Below are positions 9,627 to 18,292 of a stretch of 64,000 nt of DNA, one piece after another. The notes below the pieces were generated by a model. That model worked only from the letters and a program-made list of their open reading frames with translations, searched no databases and was not told where the DNA came from. The position numbers were made by a program, and so were the translations under genes. Source of the DNA: a virus; IMG/VR virus record IMGVR_UViG_3300042880_000288, positions 1 through 64,000 of that record; one strand, written 5' to 3'. The first letter of the stretch is position 1. Each line of letters opens with the position of its first letter.

Positions 9627-12600
9627 TGCATAATAAAAAACTATTAAGTCAGGTAATTAAAGATTTAGATAAAGCAAAAGCTCCCTCTAAACCAAAAGAT
9701 ATTGATTATAATTCTCAAATGGGTTATAGAGATGATTCACCTTTTAGAAACAAATCTTCAATGGATATCTATACTCCTGATGGAACAATAGATATGTCTA
9801 ATACGGGAATGCCCTTAATTGCTAATGGTCAATATCTTCCACCTTATTCAGGTACTCATCAGTTCAATACAAATGTTGTTACAGAAGAACCATTAGATCA
9901 GGCTAAAAAAGGATTTGAAATTAAAAGACCTAAAACTAGAAATCTAAAATCTAAAAAATATTCTAGAAGTCTGGAAGCTACTAATGAACTATTTACAGTG
10001 CATGAATTTTTCCAAAAACCCAAATCTAAAAAAAATAAGATTTACAATCCTAATGCTAAATACTATAAGAAAGGTGGTGGAGTAGATCCAGCATTTGAAA
10101 AGAAATTAGAACAGGTTGCTAAAAATCTTAAAGTAAGTAAGGCAGATTTAATTGGAATAATGAAACATGAATCAGGACTAAATCCTGCTGCAGTTAATCC
10201 AAGTACAGGAGCAACAGGTTTAATTCAATTCATGCCAGCTACAGCTAGAGCTATGGGAACTAGTACAGAGGCTTTAAGAAATATGTCTGCAATAGAACAA
10301 TTAGATTATGTAGAAAAATTTTATAAACCTATTGCAGGTAAAGCAAAAGATATTGGAGATTTATACATGTTTACTTTTCTACCAGCTGCCGTAGGTAAAT
10401 CTAATGATTTTGTAATTGGTGCTAAAGGAAGTGGTAATGCAATATGGGGTATAAGTCAAGATGCACTATATAGACAGAATGCAGGATTTGATTTAAACAA
10501 AAAAGGATACTATACTGTAGGAGATGTTAAGACAAAGATCTCTACATTTTCAGGTCAACCCTTAATTAAAGAAAAAGGATTAGATCTAGCTCCAGGGGAT
10601 TTAAAACCAGGTGAAGAAAAAATTACATTTACTTCTAATCCTGTAGAGAAAGAAGAAGTAAAGAATGAACCTCTCTTTCCTTTAGAGTATTACATGCAAC
10701 AAAATGAACTTGCTGCTTCTAGACCTAAAGCAAATCCTTTAATGGCATTAGCACCTAAGAGAGCATTAAATGCAGGAATACAAGCTGAACTTACTCCAGA
10801 TCAAATAAGACAATATGTTGAAGGTGGTTATATAGTAGAAGAATTAGATCCTACTGAATTTCAAAAGGGTGGCGATGTTAATTCAGGAGCAGGGATGAGT
10901 AGCAAATCTAAAGGAAAAACTGCTGCTCAAATTGCTGCTGATAAAGCATTAGATGCAAAATTAAGTAAACTTACGGCTAACAATAAAAAACCTCCAGGAG
11001 CATATAAGAAGGATCCTGTATTTCAACAAGTTGCAGACCAAACTAAAAAGAATGCACTTGCACATCAAGATAGCAAAAAAAAGGTTTTAAATAATTTTAT
11101 AATTAAACCGGTAACTCCATTTAATTATGAATCTCCTTTAGATACATTTGTAAAAAATAATACTCCTAATCTTACAAAAGAGCAGAAAGCTCAAATGAAA
11201 GCTGAAGAAGATAAAGCAGTTCAGGATGCTATAATGTCAAAAGGCATGTTAAATAATACAGGTAAGTTAGATCCTGAAAGAGAAGAGTTTATCAGAAATC
11301 AAGTAAGAGCAAAATATAATAATGCATCTTCTCAGTATTATAAAGATAAAAAAGAAATTGATGCCAAGATAGCAAGGGTTGATCCATCTTCTGTATTAAC
11401 TAAAAAAAGTAAATATAAAGATTATGATGTATTTCAAACTACAGAACAAAAAGCAAAAGAACAAATAGATCAAGCTGCACAAAATTTAATTAATAGTGGA
11501 GCTGCTTTTAACTATTATAAAAAAGATAATTCTGGAAAAGATTATAAAGAGTTAATCATGGATGACTTGATTAAAGCAAATAATAATAATCAAGATCTAG
11601 GTAAGGTTATTGAAAATATTCAAAATAAAAAAGATGAAAGTGATTATAAACTGTTAAAAGACAGTTATGATAAACTTCCTTTTTTTGATCCAAACTTTTC
11701 AAATGAGGATAAAGTCGGTCAAATATGGAGAGGCTTTGCTGCTGATCCATTTAATGTAGTAGAGGAGGCAATATGGGACAAAGATTTTATGCCAGGAAGA
11801 CATACAATATTAAGAGATCCTTCTCATCCTTTATATAATTATTATACTAAAAGAACTCAAATGGATGAAAGTCCATTGTCTCAAGCTTTGCAATATATAA
11901 ATCCTTTTTCATCTGCAGCAGAAGCCAGTGTAGCAATTAATAAAGGTGATTATAAAGAAGGAGCTAAACAATTTGGAGAAGGTATGCTTAAGACAGTTGG
12001 CTTACTTGCCTTACCAGAAGTTATAGCAGCAGGTGGTAGTTATGTATTACCAGGAGCAGCTTCTGTAGGATTACCAGGATTAACTTATACAGCAGCTCTT
12101 GAAGGAATAGGTATGGCATATGGAGCTACACAGTTACCAACAACATATAGGTCAATTGAGAAAGCAGTTAAAAGTGGTAAGAAAGAAGATTGGAGAGCTG
12201 CAGTAAATCAAACTGCTACAAACACATTAGACTTTTTAGGGGCTGTAGATTTCTTTAAAGGAGTTACAACAATACCAGAAGCTGTTACTTATAGAATGTT
12301 ATCAAAAGGTAGTGATGCTACAGGCTTTGGTAAGAATCTTACAAAAGAAGCTGAGAAACTTAAAAATTTATATAATAAGAATCCATTAAATTATGATGCT
12401 AAAGTAGCACAATCAAAAAAAACTTGGGAACAAGCTATGGATCAAGTTAAAGCTAAATATGCAGATAAAGGTTATAATATGACTGCAGATGAAATTTTAA
12501 GTGATCCAGTTAAAGCTCAATATTTAAAAGATGAATTTTTAAAAATTAAAGAAGAAGGTTTAAAGTTTATGAAATCAGATGAAGGAAAAAAAGCTGTAGA

Positions 12601-14122
12601 ACAGATGTTTAAAGAATTTCCTGAATCTAAAAAAATGTCATATGAGTCTAGTATAAAACCTGAAAACTTGGATGAAGTAAAAGAACTAATTTTCAAAAAA
12701 GAAGGTATAGAAAAATTTGTAAACCAAGGTGTTAAAAATTATGATGAAGCTATAAAACCTTTGGAAGAAAATATTGGAAAAGCAAGAAAACAGTATGAGG
12801 ATATAATGGGTAAACCTGATGCAAATGATCCAGATTGGATGAATAAACTAAATAGAGAAAAAAATAAGTTGGATGCTCTTGAACATCAATTAGAAGGTAT
12901 AAAAAACAGTAAAGCTAAGTACGTTGAATATTTTGATAAGAATGATCCACAAAGTTTTAGTGAAATACCATTTGGATTTACTGAAGCCCCTTTTGGAAAA
13001 ATTCCATATACAAATCGGCCACTTGATTTTGAACCTTCATTTAATGGTCAAATATTAAGAAAACATGAAAGTTATATACCTGACACACCTATAATGACAG
13101 ATATAGATTTAACTTATGATGACTATATAAAAGCTTATGAGGACATATCCTATAGAGATCAATCTATTCTACTAAACAAACATGCTGAGGTTAATGCATT
13201 ACAAATTAAATATGAAAATGAGTTAAGAGACTTAATGCAGATGGATCCTGCTGATCCAAATTATGAGAGAATGGTTAGAAGAGTTGATAGTTCTAAGAAC
13301 CGTTATCAAGCTGCTCTTGATGACTCATCAAATGCTCATGCTGCCTATAATTGGCATGAAGACAATGCTGTTGAACTAGGTAATAAATTTTTACCAAATG
13401 AAGGAGAAACAATTCTTGCTCATGAAGTATCTCATACAAACCCACAAGTAAGAGCTTTTGTTAAAGATCAACTTGATACAACTGGTCAAATTAATTGGAA
13501 CAAAGCTAAACCAACGGGATATGTAAGAAAAACAATTGATGGTCAACTTTGGGATATACCATATTTAACACCTGTTGATAAAGTATTAGCAGAAATTGAT
13601 ATATTACCAGCAGGAAAAATGGGGCCCGGTTTTAATATGCAACATTATAATTTTAGAGTAAAACCAAAAGAATTTATACCAAGTACTGCAGATGAAGTTA
13701 GTGGTTCTTTTTTTAGTCATACAGATGGTGGTTTTTTTGGACCTGATGGAATAGATGCAAAAAACTATTTTTTAAATGGTGGTAATGGAAATGAAAAAGA
13801 AGCTTTTTTAGCAGAATTAAAACAATTTATGTTAAAGCAAGGTTATGGCAAAAGAGGTCAATTTACTTTAAAAGATGTTAACGAATTTTGGGGAGATTAT
13901 TTAAAAACTTCTCAAACAGCCAAATCTGATAACTACAGACTTAGACTATTAGATATTGCGGATCCTACAAAAAATACTAGAGAGAGAATAGTAAAAGCCT
14001 TAAATATGCCAAGTGGATATAAAGAGGGAGGAGAAGTTGAATATAACTTAGGTGATGAAGTAGATGAAGCTACTATGAGAAAATTAGAAAAACAAGGATT
14101 TGTATTCCAAAAAATTAGATAA
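9626..14122 (+). CDS. Internal virion cargo protein with lytic transglycosylase (SLT) domain and HExxH zincin-like motif
   Basis: SLT motifs IMKHESGLNPAAVN...ATGLIQFMPATA...EQLDYVEKFY (catalytic Glu codon at 10169). ILAHEVSH at 13421-13435 with downstream EKEAFLAE. Gly/Ala-rich hydrophobic segment near 11996-12128. TAATG overlaps at both ends. Confidence 0.75.
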   Translation: MHNKKLLSQVIKDLDKAKAPSKPKDIDYNSQMGYRDDSPFRNKSSMDIYTPDGTIDMSNTGMPLIANGQYLPPYSGTHQFNTNVVTEEPLDQAKKGFEIKRPKTRNLKSKKYSRSLEATNELFTVHEFFQKPKSKKNKIYNPNAKYYKKGGGVDPAFEKKLEQVAKNLKVSKADLIGIMKHESGLNPAAVNPSTGATGLIQFMPATARAMGTSTEALRNMSAIEQLDYVEKFYKPIAGKAKDIGDLYMFTFLPAAVGKSNDFVIGAKGSGNAIWGISQDALYRQNAGFDLNKKGYYTVGDVKTKISTFSGQPLIKEKGLDLAPGDLKPGEEKITFTSNPVEKEEVKNEPLFPLEYYMQQNELAASRPKANPLMALAPKRALNAGIQAELTPDQIRQYVEGGYIVEELDPTEFQKGGDVNSGAGMSSKSKGKTAAQIAADKALDAKLSKLTANNKKPPGAYKKDPVFQQVADQTKKNALAHQDSKKKVLNNFIIKPVTPFNYESPLDTFVKNNTPNLTKEQKAQMKAEEDKAVQDAIMSKGMLNNTGKLDPEREEFIRNQVRAKYNNASSQYYKDKKEIDAKIARVDPSSVLTKKSKYKDYDVFQTTEQKAKEQIDQAAQNLINSGAAFNYYKKDNSGKDYKELIMDDLIKANNNNQDLGKVIENIQNKKDESDYKLLKDSYDKLPFFDPNFSNEDKVGQIWRGFAADPFNVVEEAIWDKDFMPGRHTILRDPSHPLYNYYTKRTQMDESPLSQALQYINPFSSAAEASVAINKGDYKEGAKQFGEGMLKTVGLLALPEVIAAGGSYVLPGAASVGLPGLTYTAALEGIGMAYGATQLPTTYRSIEKAVKSGKKEDWRAAVNQTATNTLDFLGAVDFFKGVTTIPEAVTYRMLSKGSDATGFGKNLTKEAEKLKNLYNKNPLNYDAKVAQSKKTWEQAMDQVKAKYADKGYNMTADEILSDPVKAQYLKDEFLKIKEEGLKFMKSDEGKKAVEQMFKEFPESKKMSYESSIKPENLDEVKELIFKKEGIEKFVNQGVKNYDEAIKPLEENIGKARKQYEDIMGKPDANDPDWMNKLNREKNKLDALEHQLEGIKNSKAKYVEYFDKNDPQSFSEIPFGFTEAPFGKIPYTNRPLDFEPSFNGQILRKHESYIPDTPIMTDIDLTYDDYIKAYEDISYRDQSILLNKHAEVNALQIKYENELRDLMQMDPADPNYERMVRRVDSSKNRYQAALDDSSNAHAAYNWHEDNAVELGNKFLPNEGETILAHEVSHTNPQVRAFVKDQLDTTGQINWNKAKPTGYVRKTIDGQLWDIPYLTPVDKVLAEIDILPAGKMGPGFNMQHYNFRVKPKEFIPSTADEVSGSFFSHTDGGFFGPDGIDAKNYFLNGGNGNEKEAFLAELKQFMLKQGYGKRGQFTLKDVNEFWGDYLKTSQTAKSDNYRLRLLDIADPTKNTRERIVKALNMPSGYKEGGEVEYNLGDEVDEATMRKLEKQGFVFQKIR

Positions 14123-17100
14123 TGGCAAAGTATAGGATTATGGCTTTACCACCTAGTTATAAAAAAGGTGGAGGTAGAAAGAAAAAACAAGTTGCTCAAC
14201 CTGGACAGTGGGCTGATACAAATCCACAAATAGTTCAATCAGGAGAAGAAGGTTTTGATTTACCTACAAGTTCTGCTGCACCAGGAGCAGAGTTTGCCAT
14301 ACAACAAATGAGTCCTGAAGAACAAGCAGCCTATCTTAAAAAAGCAAGGTATGATGAAGCTATGGCTTCCTATAAGCCCTTGGAAGCTGAATACAAAGGT
14401 TTAACAAGACCAAAAGGAAATCTTGTATTAGGTGAAGACTATGATGCTGATCCAACTAAATTTACTAGTTCAGGATACTATCCAATAAAAACAGAGTCTG
14501 GTAATTATGAAATGATTGCTAATAAAGACATAGCAAATTTAATATACCAAAAAGGAGTTAACCCAGATGTATTAAGTAAGACTTTTGGTTTAGGTAGTCC
14601 TGAAGAAATAAAAAAACAGTTTAGTCCCATTTATGAACATGCCTCTGGTATTCATGCTAAAAGAAATAAGGAAAAAATTGATGGCCTTATTAAATCTGGT
14701 ATGACTAAAGACCAAGCAATACAATCTCTTGTTGAACAAGGAGAAGGTAACTTGGAAGGATTAACAAATAGATATGGAAGTTATACTGAAGAGGCTTTTA
14801 ATAAAGCTCAAGAAGATGCTAAAAAAGTATTAGAGACAGCACCTTCATTAAAAGATCAGTATAGTGATTATTTTAAAAAGAGAGATGAGCAGTATGAAGC
14901 TCAGATGGATGATCTTAAAGAAGGTATTGATTATGGTAAAACATTAACTCCATCTGAGACCACACAGAAAACTGCTGGAGCAATATACAATCCACTTACT
15001 AAAACATTTGCACCAACAACTAGTGCATATGATAAAAGTGAAAATAAAAAAGTACTAGTAAATAAAATATTAGATACTAAAAATCAAGAACAAAAAGAAA
15101 GAACTGTTGTCAACAAAGTACTAGATGCAAAGAATTTAACTGATGAACAAAAGAAACAATATTTAGAAGACCCTGTAGCTTTTAGTAACCTATACAATCA
15201 GTATCAACAATATGAAGCTACACCTGAAGTAGTTCAAGGAAGTTATATGAATACAATGGGGCAAAGCATGCCTCATACATCTTTTAGATCTGATTTTACT
15301 ATTAATCCTGTTACCAAGACTTCTTTTCAAATGCCTAATGTAGGATCTAGTTTACCATTATTTGGGGCAAAAAATTATAATAAATATGGAATTCCTGGAT
15401 TAGCTCCTAATAATATAAATATAACTAATGCAAATGTAGATTGGCATGCTGGTGCACCAGTACCAAAAAGTGCTCCTTCTGATGCTGTTAACATGTTAGA
15501 TAAAGAATGGATAGCTGGAGTAGTTGGAGCAACAGCCTTTCCTGCTGTATATTCTGGTGTTCAAACATTATGGAATGCTCCTATTTTAGGTGCTGTAGGT
15601 AGTGAAGCTTTACCAGGTTTAACTCTAGGAAATGTTTCTAATGCTGTAAGTGCTTTTGATTTTGCTACTAAATATGGTCCTGATGCACTAATGCAAGGTC
15701 AAAAAATGTATGAAGAAGGTTATTCAGATGATAGAGCAAAAGCTTTAGCTTATGATATTTATAAAGGAGTTAATTCTGCAATACCTTATACTAAATATTT
15801 AGGAAAAGATCTTGAAAAAATTAATCAAATTAAAAAAGGAAAAGATGCATTGAGTTTTTATGACAATGCAAATAAATCAGCTCAGACTCCTGAGAACGTA
15901 GTAGAAAATACAAAATGGATTAAAGGCTTAGGATCTGTATTAGCTTTACCAAAACAAAAAGGTGGTTCTATACAAATGGAACTTTCTGATGATGAAATAC
16001 AAGATTATGTAAAAAGAGGTTTTATTATTGAAGAAGTAAAAGTTCCAGCAATGCAATCAGGAGGAACTCCTTCTCAACTTTGGTATCAATATACAGGAAC
16101 ACCATGGTCAGAAGCAAAAGCAAAAGGTCTTACTGATGGTTCAGTGGAACAAAATTTAGCTTTAGCCAAAAGACTTGAGTCAGGAGAATTTGGAGAACCA
16201 AAACTATCTACTCAACAATATCAAGATGTTAGATCTGGATATGATCAAATGGTAGAACAAATGGTAGGTCAAGGTAAAACTCTTGATCAATTAGTTCAAC
16301 AAAGAGTAGGTACAAGAGAAGGATTAAAGGCAAGATTTCCAGAATTATTTAAAACTGAATCTAAAAAAACTACAACGGCTGTTACACAAAAATCTCAAGC
16401 ACAAAAAGATGCTGAATTAAAAGCAGCTAGAGAATGGTTAACTGGAAAAGCTAAAGAAATTGGTAATGATATATTTGATGCTATTGGAGATTCTTATTGG
16501 GGTAAGCTAGCTAAAAAAGCAGGATCAGCCACTATAAAATATCTTGAAGCAGAAGCCGCAAAAAATAAAGTAGCCAAAGCTAAACAAGCACAGAAAGTTA
16601 AAGCTGTAGAAAAGAAAGTAGAAAAGAAAGTTCAAAGTACAGTTAAGAAAGTTACTAATCCACTTCCAACTCCAAGTGTAGTTGATGCATTAAATAATGC
16701 TGGTGTAAAATATGAACCAAGAAAACAACCCGTAGTTCCAGAACAAAGACCACAAAAAACTCCTAGTATATTAGATATATTAAATCAGAAAAGTATTTTT
16801 GATTATGATCCTTTAGAAACTTTAAAGAAATATGCTAAGCCTGTTGAGGAAAAGAAACCTGCTCCTATGACCGGATATGATATTAAAGGCATAGTAGATC
16901 AAATACAGAAAGGTCAGAAGATGGGTCCACCTCCTTCACTTACTAGACAGCAATCACAACAACCATTAGGTGATAATAGTATGGCTGCTCAATTTAAAAC
17001 TAATGAGCAAAAAGGTAAAGGAATGAAACCACTTAACTTACCTGAAGTTAAAGATAAATCTATATGGGATAAAGCTAAAGAATGGGGCTCTCAAACATGG

Positions 17101-18234
17101 GAAGATACAAAAGACCTTGCTTCAGATACTTGGGAAGGTACTAAAAATCTTGCAGAAGAATACATAGCAGATCCAATTGTAGAAAGTATATTTGGAGAAG
17201 GTGTTAAAGATGCACCAACTAGTAAAGAAGAATTTCTTGAAACTCCTACAGGACAAAGAGTTGGTAAAAAAGTTCTTGATTGGAATGAATCAAAAGATAA
17301 TTGGATAGATCCTTTTGGTCCTGCTGATTTATCAAAAGAAGAAGAACAACAACTAAGAAGAAAATTAGAAAAAGAAGGAGCTATAGATACTCCAGATGAA
17401 GTTGTAAAACCTAAAGAATCTAAAAAGAAAGTAGTTGAAACACCAAAACCTGATAAATTCTTTGAAGAAATATCAACTGTTAAAGATTCTTATGATGCTG
17501 ATAATACTTTACTTTCATATAGAAATCAATGGGATAATAGTGAAGGGTTTAGATATTTAGCTACTCCAGTTAAAAAAGATAGAAAGTCAACAGATGAATA
17601 TTCAGATGTGATAGGTGTTGGACATTTCTTACTTGATGCTAGTGCTTCTAAATCTAAACCATATAGTCATGAATATAATAAAGCTTTTATAGATAGAGCA
17701 CTTAAGAATAATGACTGGGTTCCTACCTTTACAAATGAGGACGGTGATTATGTTAGATTAAAATATAAAAAACCAAATGAAATTACTAAATCAGATAAAG
17801 TTATTACACCACTTAGACAGATGACATTTGATAATATTGACTTTTCTAAAACACAAACTCCATCAGGATTTAAAAAAGGTATTAATGAAGTCATGACAAA
17901 AGAAGGTAAAGGAACTTATTTATTATTTAAAAATAGAGATGGTTACTCAAGATTCAGTGGTGGATCAGTAGTATTTATATTTAAAGATAAATTTGGTAAC
18001 ACGATTGTAAGAGACTTTGCTGGTTCACTTAATCAAATTGAAAATGAAGGTATTAATATTCAAAAGCAATATAATATAAAACCTGAAGATCTTACTCTTG
18101 GTTATCATGATGTTGGTTCTTTTAGTGCTAAGATAAAAGCAAATGCAGAAGGTAAATTAAAATCAAAACAGTGGGAAGGATTTAATAATGAAGATTGGAC
18201 AGGTGGTGCATTATTAATACCTAAAACCAAATAA
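14122..18234 (+). CDS. Internal virion cargo protein, function unknown
   Basis: Long ORF in the cargo block. Shares short motifs with its neighbours (KYRI..LP start, xxxGG, LSDDEIQDYVKRGFIIEE). Low-complexity middle and a globular-looking C-terminal region of about 260 aa. Confidence 0.7.
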   Translation: MAKYRIMALPPSYKKGGGRKKKQVAQPGQWADTNPQIVQSGEEGFDLPTSSAAPGAEFAIQQMSPEEQAAYLKKARYDEAMASYKPLEAEYKGLTRPKGNLVLGEDYDADPTKFTSSGYYPIKTESGNYEMIANKDIANLIYQKGVNPDVLSKTFGLGSPEEIKKQFSPIYEHASGIHAKRNKEKIDGLIKSGMTKDQAIQSLVEQGEGNLEGLTNRYGSYTEEAFNKAQEDAKKVLETAPSLKDQYSDYFKKRDEQYEAQMDDLKEGIDYGKTLTPSETTQKTAGAIYNPLTKTFAPTTSAYDKSENKKVLVNKILDTKNQEQKERTVVNKVLDAKNLTDEQKKQYLEDPVAFSNLYNQYQQYEATPEVVQGSYMNTMGQSMPHTSFRSDFTINPVTKTSFQMPNVGSSLPLFGAKNYNKYGIPGLAPNNINITNANVDWHAGAPVPKSAPSDAVNMLDKEWIAGVVGATAFPAVYSGVQTLWNAPILGAVGSEALPGLTLGNVSNAVSAFDFATKYGPDALMQGQKMYEEGYSDDRAKALAYDIYKGVNSAIPYTKYLGKDLEKINQIKKGKDALSFYDNANKSAQTPENVVENTKWIKGLGSVLALPKQKGGSIQMELSDDEIQDYVKRGFIIEEVKVPAMQSGGTPSQLWYQYTGTPWSEAKAKGLTDGSVEQNLALAKRLESGEFGEPKLSTQQYQDVRSGYDQMVEQMVGQGKTLDQLVQQRVGTREGLKARFPELFKTESKKTTTAVTQKSQAQKDAELKAAREWLTGKAKEIGNDIFDAIGDSYWGKLAKKAGSATIKYLEAEAAKNKVAKAKQAQKVKAVEKKVEKKVQSTVKKVTNPLPTPSVVDALNNAGVKYEPRKQPVVPEQRPQKTPSILDILNQKSIFDYDPLETLKKYAKPVEEKKPAPMTGYDIKGIVDQIQKGQKMGPPPSLTRQQSQQPLGDNSMAAQFKTNEQKGKGMKPLNLPEVKDKSIWDKAKEWGSQTWEDTKDLASDTWEGTKNLAEEYIADPIVESIFGEGVKDAPTSKEEFLETPTGQRVGKKVLDWNESKDNWIDPFGPADLSKEEEQQLRRKLEKEGAIDTPDEVVKPKESKKKVVETPKPDKFFEEISTVKDSYDADNTLLSYRNQWDNSEGFRYLATPVKKDRKSTDEYSDVIGVGHFLLDASASKSKPYSHEYNKAFIDRALKNNDWVPTFTNEDGDYVRLKYKKPNEITKSDKVITPLRQMTFDNIDFSKTQTPSGFKKGINEVMTKEGKGTYLLFKNRDGYSRFSGGSVVFIFKDKFGNTIVRDFAGSLNQIENEGINIQKQYNIKPEDLTLGYHDVGSFSAKIKANAEGKLKSKQWEGFNNEDWTGGALLIPKTK

Positions 18235-18288
18235 ACTTATTAAGTTTAACGATTAAATTAAAATTTAGTATATTTAGTATATAGTATA
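18232..18288 (+). promoter_or_regulatory. Palindrome TAAACTT-ATT-AAGTTTA plus three tandem TAGTATA copies upstream of ATG 18293
   Basis: Perfect 7-bp inverted repeat at 18232-18248. TTTAGTATA at 18264 and 18273, TAGTATA at 18282. A near-identical palindrome occurs at 24378 and TTTAGTATAT at 1828. Confidence 0.5.
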
Positions 18289-18292
18289 ACCT

